Shown in pieces: positions 37,731 to 50,355 of a stretch of 64,000 nt of DNA. The translations under genes were made by a program, and so were the position numbers. This stretch comes from Pristiophorus japonicus (lineage: Eukaryota). How positions within the stretch are numbered: the first letter of the stretch is position 1; each line of letters opens with the position of its first letter. The notes beneath the pieces were generated by a model that was not told where the DNA came from, searched no databases, and worked only from the letters and a program-made list of their open reading frames with translations. The stretch is from assembly GCF_044704955.1 (NCBI RefSeq), contig NC_091991.1, positions 132,990,001-133,054,000 on the forward strand, given 5' to 3'.

Positions 37731-37782
37731 CTTGGTCAAAAGGATGTGATGCAGTAGACACTGTTTTTGAGGAAAGAAGCAA

Positions 37783-39810
37783 AATGGAAGAGAGGATTTT
37801 CTCTAACATATTCAAGAAAGTCAATATAACAAAGAAATAGGTACTGAACCTATTGTGCGCTGAGCGTCCTGTGGACGCTGCAGCCAAATGGACTGAGAGT
37901 AAGGAGCATATGCGCTCTGTGGAGAAATCAATATGGGGGTTAGGCTGCCTATAGCGGCAAGTCCAGCAATTGGACAAGAAAGTCGAGTCACTGGAGGCAG
38001 ACCTCAGGGAGTCCGAGGAACACTCGAGTGCCAGAGCTATCATGGGGGAGAGATTATTTGAGGAGTTAGGCAAGTAAAAGCAAGGGAAACTATGGTTAGT
38101 GGAAACACATAGAAACCGCCAGGATTACCTTCTGTGCCAGGGTCAAGAACTGGTGCTACGGGAGGAAAACACCCACCTCACCAGGATAATTAAAGAGCAG
38201 GAGGAGACGTTAAGGGATGTACAGCTCCTTATAAGGGAGCAAGCAGCAGAGGGTTTGAGACTGGAGACCACGGTCCCTGCAAAAAGCAAATTGAGAGTCT
38301 GAACCTTGCTCTTTCCAAGGCCAAAGGCATGTTCTGCCTAATAAACCCGAGTACGGCTCGGGCAGACCTGGAAGAGCAGGGGGAAAATGTTCAACCAGTA
38401 CCTGCGACGCCGGGGCTCAGCCCGGTTCGGTAGTAGGAGGGGCGAACGGAGAGGGACATTCACCCAGTACCTGTGACACCGGGGCTCAGCCCGGTTCGGC
38501 AGTAGGAGGGGTGAACAGTTTGCGGGGCAGACGGGACGGTGCACCACTACCTGTGGCGTCGGGTTGTAACTCGGCTTGGCAGCAGGGAGAGGTGGGAGCG
38601 ACACCAGTATGACAAGGGCCGGGACCGGGGCCGATGTGTCCGGTGCGGTAGCAGAAGTACGGTGCGCACACTCTCGGTGGGCAGCAGGGCCCCTCGAAAG
38701 TAACTTTGTGGTCCCTCACAGCACCCAGCAGCTTAGAACCATAGTAGCCCACCTGGACAAGCTCACCCATAAAGGGGACCCTTCGGTTCACTTTATGGAA
38801 GTAGACCAAGTGGCAGGCATTAATGGGTGCGACGACTCCGAAATGGCAAAAGTGCTCCTATTCTCCCTAGACAGTAGAGTATACCAGCCTTTCTCTGCGG
38901 AAAGCAAGAGAGGACAGAGTACGTACGCTGCAATCAAGGAAGAAGTCTTGGAAGTTGTGGGCCTAAATGACGGGAGTCCCTTCTCCCGAGTGGAGAAGAC
39001 GATGCAACAGGCAGGGGAAACCCCACAAGCTTTCGCAGACAGGCTGTGGCCCGTCTATGAGAGTGCCTGCAGTGGGGCCCTCATCCGGGATCACTTGACC
39101 CAGGATGAGAGGGTTCAGGAGACTAGTGGCAAAGGCCAAAGCCAAGCTGTGGTTTGACCCAATGCCACCCAAGGAGTCAGTGATTAGACAACTAACCCTG
39201 GCTTTTAGGAGCAGTCGAGGGGCGGAGGAGAACCCACCCAAGGAGAGGGTACATGAGTTAAGGCCCCACCAAGCAAAGCAGGAATGGCACGAGGAAGGGG
39301 GTATCTCCTCCGACACCAAGCGTAACTGCTTTGGGTGTGGGAAAAGTGGGCATTGGAGAAAGGATTGTCGGAACCCTTGGGAGGATAACATAGCTAAGGA
39401 ACCCCCAGCACCTGCCCAAAAAGTTGGACCCAGACCCGGAGCGCAGAACTGTCCCTCTTCCTTCGAGGAGATCGTGGCCGCGCTCCAGTCCGTATTGTAG
39501 CTACGGCCATTGAGAGGGAAACCCCATTCGCCCCGCCAAATCACGACCCATGACTAGAACTGGCGCCGCCTGTGTACCTGTGTCCCCTGTGTACCTGTGT
39601 CCCCTAGGATACGATGCACACAAGAGACCGTGCGTTAAGATGGAGGTGGAGAAGGTGACAAGGACCTAACTGCTAGATACTGGAGCTTCAAGCACCATTG
39701 TATATGCAGATAACCCAGCCGCCTCACCTGTATCTAACGGGTTCCCGTACAGTCTAGTGGGTTTCACAGGGAACGAACAGGCTGGGTCGTTCTCCATCCC
39801 GCTACCATTG
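37783..39810 (+). pseudogene. LTR retroelement gag (coiled-coil, capsid, CCHC) and aspartic protease; RT/RNase H/integrase not seen
   Basis: MHR-like QQAGETPQAFADRL; CFGCGKSGHWRKDC; LLDTGASSTIV at ~39670; several stops and frameshifts. Confidence 0.85.
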
Positions 39811-40659
39811 GGAACAGTGAACCGTTTTCAGGACAGGGATCCTCAGCCAGCAGTCTCCGACTGTGGAAGGCCCACAGGGGACGTTGCAGACTCACAGACC
39901 GTACAGATGGGGGCGGTGAATTGTATTACTGGAGGGGCTATCCTACCAATTGTTTGGGACTCGGACGCACCCTCAGTAGCCGGAGCCCTAAGAAGGACTC
40001 CCCGTACACCACGGCCAAAGACACCGTGGTCACCAGCACCCCAGTTTCAGTGGTTCAGCCCCAGGAGGGTTACACTGTAGAGTAGTTAGAAACATCTTAA
40101 AAGATTTTGTAGGCAATTTTCCGCCAGATATTTAAGGTGCTGAAAAGTCTTCAAGGTGGCCAAGGTGGGGTCCTGAACTGCAGAGCCAGTTTAGCCCGCC
40201 ATTAACACAAGACGCCATCTTGGTAAAGGAGTTGAAGTACATGCTAGAAACAGCTGCCCTGAGGATCGCTAAGGCTCTGACTAACAATTAAATAGCCTGC
40301 TAACACTCATTAAAGAGGCTACAAACCATTTTGCTGCCTAGCGCTGCAATGAATGACCTCTGCTAACAGCGAGCAGCTGAATAGGAGTAAAGTCGTCGTT
40401 GCTGAGGATTAAAGCCATGCTCACCTTTCACTGTTCATTTGTTGCTGGAGATTGACTGAATACACTGTGCTTGAAGAGGGCTTTCGATCCTTGGGAGACT
40501 TTCTGGGACACTTTGGCAATCAACATTTATTCTGGAAATTCCCTGAGGACGTCACCTAAAAAGAATAAGTGCTGTGCTACTCCACCTTATAGGAGTCACC
40601 AGGAGAAAGGGAGTGCTTGGTCATGGTTCTTTTGTTCGGGGTCCCCCTTGGTCTGCAGG

Positions 40660-41825
40660 AGGAATGGGAGGAGGAGAGGAGGGACAGAAGAGACAGGAGG
40701 GCGAGGAGGGCAAGGAGGGTGAAGAGGGACAGGAGGGACAGAAGGATGAGGAGGGTGAGGAGGGCGAGGAGGGACATAGAAAATAGGTGCAGGAGTAAGC
40801 CATTCGGCCCTTCGAGCCTGCACCACCATTTATTAAGATCATGGCTGATCATTCACCTCAGTACCCCATTCCTGCTTTCTCTCCATACCCCTTGATCCCT
40901 TTAGCCATAAGGGCCATATCCAACTCCCTCTTGAATATATGTAACGAACTGGCCTCAACAACTCTCTGCGGAAGAGAATTCCATGGGTTAACAACTCTCT
41001 GAGTGAAGAAGTTTCTCCTCATCTCGGTCCTAAATGGCCTACCCCTTATCCTTAGACTGTGTCCCCTGGTTCTGGACTTCCCCAACATCGGGAACATTCT
41101 TCCTGCATCTAACCTGTCCAATCCCATCAGAATTTTATATGTTTCTCTGAGATCCCCTCTCATTCTTCTAAACTCCAGTGAATACAGGCCCAGTCGATCC
41201 AGTCTCTCCTCATATGTTAGTCCTGCCATCCCGGGAATCAGTCTGGTGAACCTTCGCTGCACTCCCTCAATATTAAGAACGTCCTTCCTCAGATCAGGAG
41301 ACCAAAACTGAACACAATATTCCAGGTGAGGCTTCACCAAGGCCCTGTACAACTGCAGTAAGACCTCCCTGCTCCGATACACAAATCCCCTAGCTATGAA
41401 GGCCAACATGATAGGAGAGTGAGGAGGGACAGGAGGGACAGGAGGGCGTGGAGGGACAGGAGGGCAAGGAGGGTGAGGAGGGACAGGAGGCGAGGAGGGA
41501 CAGGAGGAACAGGAGGGCGAGGAGGGACAGGAGGGCGAGGAGGGCGAGGAGGGCGGGGAGGAACAGGAAGGCAAGGAAGGTGAGGAGGGCGAGGAGGGAC
41601 AGGAGGGCGAGGAAGGCGAGGAGGGACAGGAGGGACAGGAAGGCGAGGAGGGCGAGGAGAGACAGGAGGGACAGGGAGAGTGAGGAGGGACAGGAGGGAC
41701 AGGAAGGCGAGGAGGGCGAGGAGAGACAGGAGGGACAGGGAGGGCGAGGAGGGACAGGAGGGACAGGAGAGTGAGGAGGGACAGGAGGGCGAGGAGGGAC
41801 AGGAGGGACAGGAGGACGAGGAGGG
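40660..41825. repeat. GA-rich 9-bp minisatellite (ggagggaca / ggagggcga), split by a CR1
   Basis: Dozens of 9-bp units at 40660-40776 and 41411-41825. Confidence 0.92.
40776..41410 (-). mobile_element. 5'-truncated CR1 LINE
   Basis: MLAFIARGF..EKAGMGY* plus CR1 3' UTR. Confidence 0.92.
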
Positions 41826-42361
41826 CTCCAGGTTCGAGGTGATTTGCTGCGTGCTCCACAGTCTGGCGATCCTGGGAGACCAGGCGTTATCACCAGCAAT
41901 GGTGCCAGAGGGACAAACTCAGGAGTCACAAGGAGCAGGAGGAAGAGGATCTGGTGAAGGAGGAAGACGAGGGGTCCAGGGGGAGCACCAGAGGGTTGCA
42001 GGTCGACGGCCCACACTCGGGAGGGACGCGGGCAGCCATCTAATTGAAGATCGCTTTTGATAGAAGCCCTCCACCATCAGACTGCGGGGCACTGTTCCCA
42101 TGTGCCTTAACTTCCACAACTCAGGATCCCCCCAAAACTCCACCATCTGCACTCAATCCTTTCAATACCTTCCCCATGAACAACACAATAAAAAAAGCAC
42201 AAATTCCTCCACTACTCAATTACCAAAATCATTCTTTATCAAGAGCAAAAACAAACAATGAAACATGACATAACCAACAGCACTTACAGATATAAAACTA
42301 TTCATCCTGGTGCTTACCATTAGTGGCGATCTCGAAGTGCTCTTGCCGACTCTGGTGCTTC

Positions 42362-42740
42362 GCTCTACTTGGAACTCCTACACGGTAGGCGAGCCCCAGG
42401 TGGGCAGAGGAAATGTTTCAAGGACACCCTCCAAGCCTCCTTGATAAAGTGCAACATCCCCACCGACACCTGGGAGTCCCTGGCCAAAGACCGCCCTACG
42501 TGGAGGAAGAGCAGAGCACCTCGAGTCTCATCGCCGAGAGCATGCAGAAAACAAGCGCAGGCAGCAGAAGGAGCGTGTAGCAAACCAGACTCCCCACCCA
42601 CCCTTTCCTTTAACCACTGTCTGTCCCATCTGTGACAGAGTCTGTAATTCGCGTATTGGACTGTTCAGTCACCTAAGAACTCACTTTTAGAGTGGAAGTA
42701 AGTCTTCCTCGATTTCGAGGGACTCCCTATGATGATGATG
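42362..42740 (+). mobile_element. RTE LINE 3' end
   Basis: ELLHGRRAPGGQRKCFKDTLQASL; cctatgatgatgatg tail; homologous to 31460-31833. Confidence 0.85.
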
Positions 42741-43749
42741 CTTTTACGAAGTGCAACTCGAGTGGCAGCAGCAGCAGGAGGAGGAGGATGGCTGCTGAGA
42801 ATCTGAAGAGAGCAGTTCGCATGTCCTCCTGGGCCACCATCGAGAGGCTGTGGGCCGTGATGGCCCCTCCTCAGACTGCACTATCTCAGCATGGGCTTCA
42901 GCAGTCTGTGCTGCCTGGCTAGTGGTGGAGTGCTGGGGAAGGAAGCAGTAATGCTGCCATTCGGAGAGAGGCCAGTAGGTTCCTGCTTCCTGATTGCCAC
43001 ACCACTACCCCGGGGCGTCTCTTCAGCTAGCCCAGGTTTCTGCTGGAGGACAGATCTCCGGCCAGCTGAAACATTCTGCAAGCCCCTTTCAACCAAGGAG
43101 CCCAGAGCCACCCAGGCAGCAGCCTGGGCTTCCACTGCAGCACTTTACCATTCCATGGAAGATGCTAGTAGTGCAATGGCAACTGTTTGCCGCTCCATGG
43201 AAGCTGCTATGACAGCAATGGTGCAGTGGTGGGGGTGGCAGCAGAAATGCTACCCTCCGGAGAGAGGCCAGTTGGTTCCCGCAGTGACTGCAGTGGAAGC
43301 TGCGACCTCAGTCAGCAAACGGTGCATGATGTTGGGCTCCACAGGTCGCTGGAGGGGATGGGTCCCAGGCTCTGCGTCCAGCCACAGGTCAAGCTGGAGG
43401 CGGACTCATCCATCACACTAGCCACGGCCCATAAGCTTACAGGCAGGCTGTCCATTGCACCAAGCATTTGGTTTGTCAAACCCATCAGCCTTCTTCTGAA
43501 GCTTGGCCCTGTGCAGTCCTCCTCTACAACAGAACTAGGAGATGACCTTGGTCCCCGGCAAGGTGGCACCTTTAGGGCCAGATTTTCGGTTCTGCTCATT
43601 TCGGGGCGGTAATGGCGGCAGGGCGGTAAAGTTTGCGCCCGAGAACAGTTTGCGCCTCAGTCAGCAAAATTCATCAGCTGGTCCCTGAGTGTGGGGCGAG
43701 CACTAAGGGGGGCATCACACACCTCTCTTAGGGTGCTAGCCTTCTTCTG

Positions 43750-44273
43750 CCATAAAAGGAGCGCAGGTGCGGCGGCCCGGGAGCAGCGTGGAGGCATGCC
43801 ACTTGAGGGAGCAGCGCGAGCTGGTGCAGGGGGGCGACAGCAACAAAGAGTGACATCGTCAAGGTCCAGGTCGGTGATTGGAGCATGGGCAAATACAGCA
43901 GGAACAGCGAGAGACTGTGGAGGGAAGTGATCGGGGCCCAGCAGGGGGGATGAGTTCGGGGCCAGTGGCCCAGGGGCAGCACGGACCAGCTCACACTGCG
44001 ATATGTGCACACACTAGGTCCGTGCAGCAGAGCTGGTCTCCAGTCATCTTGGTTAATCCTTGCCACTGGACCAAGACCTAGCTCTGTCAAGCCCGTGGCT
44101 GGTGTGCAACGGCCACCACACATTAAAAAAATCCACGTACAGGCATCTTCCACCCTTCAAGATATAGGTCAGGACCTGGAATATTAGGTCCTTCATTGAA
44201 ACACCTGTGAACTCATCCTTTTTTGGCGTAGAAGCAATTCATCCTCATTTTGAGGGACTGCCTATGATGATGA
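43750..44273 (+). mobile_element. Non-coding element with RTE-type 3' tail (non-autonomous or bipartite RTE derivative)
   Basis: Ends gagggactgcctatgatgatgat like the RTE copies; tcttctg repeated at both junctions; no RT-coding similarity seen. Confidence 0.6.
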
Positions 44274-45434
44274 TCTTCTGAAACATGGCCCTGTAAGGTC
44301 CTCATCTGACTCCTCTACAGCAGAACTAGTATGTGACCTTGACCCCCAGCGAGGTGGCACATGGGATGTCCCTTCCACCTGGTGAGGCTGCCTGTGGCCC
44401 ATTAGTCCCCAGTTCATCCCACTTTGAGGATTCTTCTTCTACCTAGCCTGTAAGGTGCGCGTGGTGTCGGTCTCTGAGCTGGTGCCTGCGACAGTGGTTT
44501 CAACTGATGCAGTGCCATTTTCATTGCTCTCTTCCTCCTCCTCCTCTGGGAGGTGGGTGGGGTGAGGTGTCTCTTCCTCCTCTTCCAGTTCCTCCGAGAG
44601 GTGAGGTGGATCTTACTTCTGGGAGCCTGCAATGATAAAGCTAGTAAGGTTAGGGTGCAGTGCGTGTGGCCACTATCGGAGGATGTGTGTGATGAGACCA
44701 TATGGAGCTTGTGAGGGAGGATAGGTTTGGGGGATTAGAGATCAGGAGTAGTTGTGGATATGTAAGGAAGCTGGAGTGGCCATATACCTCTCAGCCATCT
44801 GCCCCCAATTTTGACTGTGGCCACGGCGTCTGCCACTCTCCACCCGATCACCACCAGTAATCAAGGGGCATAATCTCATGGAGTCATGCTACCCCTCATG
44901 AGGTCAGGTCCTGTTGGTGCCACTTATGTGCTATCTTGTCCTGGAAGAGAAAGAGTGGTGATTGTGAATGAGTGTGTTGGCAGGTGTGTTTGTGTGTGAT
45001 GGCTCACATGGTTCAAGAGCTGTGAGATATGTCTGAGGTGTGAGTAGCGCCTGTGAAGATCCAATGGGCTCAATTTTACCCAATGCCGTTTTTTGGCGTA
45101 TTGCCAGAGTTACGCACATTTTTTCTGGCCCGACTACTCCAAAAAAATAAGTTACAGGTTTACCCGTTCTATTTTTTGAAATTGGCGCCACGTAGTTTGT
45201 CCTGTAGCCTCGGGGGGGGTGGGGGGCGGGGGGCGGGGGTGGAGCCTAATGTCTGCGCTGAAAAAACAATGCCCACCCCTTGGGCGCATGCGTGATATAA
45301 AGGACATTTTTGACGTGATTGCTATGGGCACGCATGCCGAGTACAGCTCCCGGTCTGCATTCGGACATTTTTAAAGAGCCAATTGTGTGTGTGAACTTTA
45401 ATTCACATTGGAAAAATTGCAGCTGCAATACAAG

Positions 45435-47265
45435 ATGCACCGCAGCTCAAGGACCAAGAATTTATCACAGGATGAAGTGGAGACACTAGTTACTGTAATT
45501 GAGGCCAGATGGCACGAGCTGGACACCAGCAGAGGTCACATAAAAGTTTCACCAAAGAAAATGAAGAAACGCTGGAACCAACTTGCAGAAGATTACTGTG
45601 CAATGGTGACTACCCCGAGCTCTCAAGGCCAGTGCAAAAGAAGTGGCTGGACCAATAAGGGAATTAAGGGTTATGGGGAGCGGGCGGGTAAGTGGAGCTG
45701 AGTCCATGGCCAGATCAGCCATGATCTTGTTGAATGGCGGAGCAGGCTCAAGGGGCTAGATGGCCTACTCCTGTTCCTAATTCTTATGTTCTTATGGTCA
45801 AGTAGTTAGTGTAAGTAACATTTTCATTCATTCAATGGAATTGCAATTGTAAATGTGACCATCTGTATATGTCCCACCTAGCAGAGAGACATCCTCCGTA
45901 AACATTATGTTTCCATCTTTGCAGAGGAAAGTGGCACACAACAAATGGGAAAGAACACGAACAGGAGGCCCGGCAAATCTGCAACCACTGACACCCTTGG
46001 AAGAGAGGGTCGCTGCTTTGATGGGTCCTGCCTGGAGAAAAGCAACCACAACTGCACAAGCTGGGCCCACACTCGAGGGAGAGGGTAAGTCCTGCAAATT
46101 CCACAGTCTGACTTTGCTAAATGTTAAGTACTGCGCAGGCTAGCCATGCTTCCGTTCATGGGGATGCCTCCTTCAGCTACGCTTCCATTGATGCAATGTG
46201 CTATCATTCATCGTGGTCCTTCAAACCAGCCTGCTGCCTGCGTTGTGTGAGTCTATTTATGCCACCCACCCTGCCCCCTCCTCCGCTGCTAACCATTTGC
46301 CTGTTCTGTTATATTTTGCAGAACTTGAGGCCCAACCCTGATGATACAGAAGAAGATTCAGACACGGACGACCCTGAAGAGGAGAACATCTTCCAATCCC
46401 ACCTTCCTGACCAAGAGCATGGGGCTGAGGGTGAGAGGGAGGGGCAGGGGAAGGGATGGATGAAGCCTCCACTGTTGTACTCATTCTGGAGGAGGTGCAG
46501 GGGCGGCCATTGAGGTGCGAGCCCCTTTCCTGAGTGGTATGAGTGTTGCTGGGCCATTCCATGGCTTCTCACCATCTGAGGCTGGGTATTCTAGTGGGGT
46601 GCAGCGAGGCACACCCAGGGCCCCACCGTCCGAGGCTGTGGGTCCCAGTGAGATGCATCGAGGCACACCCAAGGTGAGAAGGAGAAGGAGAGCTCGACAG
46701 CACTCTACTGAGGTGCAGGATCTAACAGATGTGGTTCAGATGATGGCAATGAGTGAGGAGAGCATTGACCTTACGCAATCACTCCTGGATACCAACAGTG
46801 GGGTGGGTGATGAGGTATCGGGACTGTCGGGAGAAGTAACAACACTCTCACAAGAAATGGAAACACTGTCTGGGCACATGAGGGAGGAATGTCTCAGGCA
46901 GGAGATACATGACGGTGCACATGAGGGAGGGAATGTTGCAAGTAGTTGAGACACTGTCAGGGCACATGAGGAAGGGAATGTCGGAGTTAGCTGCTGCAAT
47001 AAGGGAACATGCCCAGACCCCACGGCCATTAACAGAATCAACTGCCACTCCCACTCCAATCCCCAGACCAGCCTCTGAAGAGACCCAAGCGGGCCTTCCA
47101 CATTACTGGCTGCCCCCCTCCCCCGCCCCCCACCAATCAAGAAATGCGCATTACCCGAGATGTTCGAAAGAATAAGCTTGGTACCAACCCGAGAAATGCT
47201 GCACCACCGCCTGTGGGCAGGGGTGGAGTCAACAAGACCACGCGTAGTGGGAGATCTTAGAATAA
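45435..47265 (+). pseudogene. Harbinger Myb/SANT-like DNA-binding gene, three exons (45435-45810, 45925-46084, 46322-~47265)
   Basis: RTKNLSQDEVETLVTVIEARW..KKRWNQLAE; RTRTGG..LTPLEERVAALMG; GTAAGT donors at 45811 and 46085; ttgcag acceptors; CR1 tail inserted in exon 1. Confidence 0.78.
45650..45796 (+). mobile_element. CR1 3'-end fragment
   Basis: NKGIKGYGERAGKWS* and (ttcttatg) tail; same subfamily as the 20986 copy. Confidence 0.88.
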
Positions 47266-47663
47266 GGTGGAGGAGAGATGGGTGCAGCCTTTCTTTGCTG
47301 CTGTTGTTGTCATTGTTATTATTATTGTTGTTACTGTTGTAACTGTTCTCAAATTTAAAGTTTTTTGTAAGTTATATAAATTTACAGGTTTAAAAGCTTG
47401 TAAGTGATCTTAAAAATTTTAAGTGATCTTAGAGTTTGTAAGTGATGTTAAAGTTTGTAAGTGGTCTTAACTGAAAAGTTTAAAGTTTGATGCCAGAATA
47501 TTTTTATTAAAGTTAATTTAAGTACAAACAAATGTCAAACTTTTAAATAAAATCTATTTTAAATTATAACGGAACCATTATTTGTTACATTAACACAACA
47601 CAACATTACGGAACAGGTCCAAACAATAAACATGGTCCATTTGGAATAGTTGCTGCTGAGCCT

Positions 47664-48828
47664 TCAGGCAACAAAGTGTTCACGGATGAACTGCTGGCAC
47701 AAGGCTTGAGCAATCATTTAAGGGACACGAAGGCCCGCCCTCCTCTACCGACATGCTCCGGGTTCCAGCTTCCTCGTCCTCCTCCTCCTCGTCATCGCCA
47801 CTCTCACCTCAGGTGGGTCTTCTATTACCAGCTGCTGCTGCCTCATGATGGCTAAGTTATGCAGCATGCAGCACACAACAGTGAACTGACCTACAATCTC
47901 AGGGAAGTATTACAAGAAGCCTCCGAAGAATGGTCCAGGCATTGGAAACACTGTTTCAAGATGCCAATGGCCCTCTCTATTATGCTGTATGTCGCAATGT
48001 GTGACATGTTGTACTTCCGGTCAACTTCCGTCCGGGTTTTGCGTAGGGGCATCATGAGCCAGGTGGCAAGGCCATACCTTTTGTTTCCCAGCAGCCAGCT
48101 CTGCCCTTCTGGCTGCTGCTGAGACATGGCAGATATAACGCTCTCACGTAGGATGAATGCATCATGGGTGCTCCCAGGGTATCTTGCATCAATTGACATG
48201 ATGCGATGCTTGTCGTCACACACGGATTGCACATTAATGGAGTGGAAACCTTTTCTGTTCCTGTACATCTCGGAATCCTCCAAAGATGCTTGCAAAGCGA
48301 TATGGGTACAATCAATGCAGCCCTGTATCTTTGGGAAGCCAGCAATCCTGGAGAAACCCACAGCCCTTTCATGCATTGCCTGGGCGGTCATGGGGAACTT
48401 TATGTAGTCATTCCCCTGGGCATATAATGCAGCAGTCACCTGCTGAATGCAGATATGTGTTGCATGTTGAGAAATGGCACACACATCCCCAGTTGTGGCC
48501 TGGAACAATTCAGATGCATAGAATGAAAGTGCAGCTGTAACCTTCATTTCAACTGACAAAGCAGTTCTCGTGATGCTTTTAGGTTGCAGGTCTGCTTTTA
48601 CTAACTCACAGATCTCAATTACAACTTATTTGTGTAAACGCAGCCTTCTGACCCAGTCTGCATCACTCAGGTGCAGGTATGAACGCCTGTCTTGATATAT
48701 CCGATGTGGGTAAGGCCTCCTGCCCATCATTCTATGTGCTCTGAGGTTCCTCAAATCAATTGTCGTCTCCGCAGCACTATCTTGCAGAAGGCTTGCACAA
48801 GGAATGGCATTGTCAGTATGGCCCCCAT
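47664..48828 (-). pseudogene. Harbinger (HARBI1-like) DDE transposase, disrupted
   Basis: GFPKIQGCIDCTHI, YRNRKGFHSINVQSVCD, ARYPGSTHDAFILRES, IIERAIGILKQCFQCLD. Confidence 0.9.
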
Positions 48829-49861
48829 GTTTAAATTGTACATTTGCAAGAAGCTCAAAGCAGCAGGCAGGACAAGCTTCTTTGTTGCCCCTCTCCCCAA
48901 AGTCGATGCCCTAGTATGGACCACACCCAGGTCTGAGCATGTGCAATGGGCTTGCTTAGATCGGGAAAACCCCCGGGCTTCATTTGATGCTGCTTGCTGC
49001 ATGGTGGCATTGTGTAAAGCTTCTCACACCTTCAGTTTGGCCCTCCTCCTCAGGACTTTCTCCACCAAGACCTCCAGTGCAGTGTCCGAGAACATGTGCG
49101 CCCTTTCCCTTGGTCCCTGAGTCATCCAGAAATGTTCCATTCTGTGTCAGCCAGCATACTCCACACTGGCTACATATACCACTCCGAATCAACGCTTCAG
49201 TACTAAACATGGAAGTGTCTGTTTTAGCGCCTCCAGGCACGTTTAAGTTTTGGTAATCACCAATTAGCCCCAAAATTGCAGGCCAGAACCAGATTTTTAA
49301 ACAGGCATGTCTTATTAGCACAGCAGCCACTTAGTGCCTGTTTTCATCCTTTCCCCAAAATAACCTCCTTTTACTACATAAAATGCAAGTTTAAAGTTTA
49401 TAAAACACACACTGGAAGAATTGATGTGTAAGTTGGTCCTTTGTTGCAATAATCTATTTATACTGTGCAAAATAATGGAGACAGAGAGAGTTATGATTAT
49501 CATGGATGAACATTTACTACACCAAACCCAACACACTAAATCTAACCAATGATTTCATGCTAATTAAATATTATCAGCAGAGACATGCGAGGTGCCACTA
49601 AATTATGATCTTTAAATTCGCTCTTCATTAACTATGTTCTTTAACTGGTGTCATAGAAATGATAGGATTAATGGTGTTCTCTTTACAAATGGCATCAGGG
49701 GATGGAAAGGTTGCATTCCTGTAAAATTGGATAATTGATACCAATAGGAAATACAGACAAAACTGTTCAAATTCAGGGGAATAAGATCAGAGTGGTTCAG
49801 CATCTGCATGGTTTTCTGCCCAAAAAGGCAAATCAATTTAATTTCCAGCAAGGTCTGTCAA

Positions 49862-50092
49862 GGTCTGAACCTTGGTTAGATCACACTTGGAATACTGTGC
49901 ACCATTCCCATCTCCGTATTATAGAAAGGGCATAGAGTCACTGGAGAAGGTGCAAAAAAGATTTACAAGGATGATATCAGAACTGAAAGGATATAATTAC
50001 CAGGTAAGGCTAAACGAACTGGAGTTCTTTTGTCTAGAAAAGAGAAGGCTCAGGGGTGACTTGATCGAGGTCTTTAAGATTATGAAAGAGTT
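49862..50092 (+). mobile_element. Old CR1 fragment
   Basis: VRSHLEYCAPF..LEKVQKRFTRMI..RRLRGDLIEVFKIM. Confidence 0.8.
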
Positions 50093-50355
50093 TCAATCGC
50101 AGCTAAGGCCATCTCTGACCACGTATTCATATCGCATCCCTCCTCTATTCTTCAGATTTCATTTCAACCCCTAAACACTGTTAACGAATATTGCAAAGTG
50201 GCAGAGAATAGACATAGAAGATGGTGCCTGTGAGAATAAAGGTGAGAATTGTTCCCCTTTTGGAGTAACCATTGAATTTCTTAGCACCTTCTTGATTTAT
50301 TTTCCTATGTCCGGTATGGAACACACATAGGAGACATGGTAGTCCAGAAGTCAAT

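Larger units (their letters stand above)
45066..48980 (+). mobile_element. Two-gene PIF/Harbinger transposon, right TIR missing
   Basis: TIR gggctcaattttacc preceded by aat; convergent Myb-like and DDE transposase genes. Confidence 0.85.
40100..49271. mobile_element. Older Harbinger element: transposase C-terminus on + (41820-42060) and Myb-like gene on - (~42740-45060, 49000-49130); hosts several insertions
   Basis: SRFEVICCVLHSLAI..GRDAGSHLIEDRF*; minus strand ~49040-49115 reads PRERAHMFSDTALEVLVEKVLRRR; TIR-like caattagcccc. Left boundary uncertain. Confidence 0.5.

Noticed and set aside
40858-42016. Long ORFs of 333 aa and 208 aa as novel fusion proteins
   Set aside because: They come from a stop-free minisatellite read into a CR1 fragment.
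47664-48828. Domesticated HARBI1 gene
   Set aside because: It is disrupted and lies inside a TIR-bearing element next to its Myb partner.
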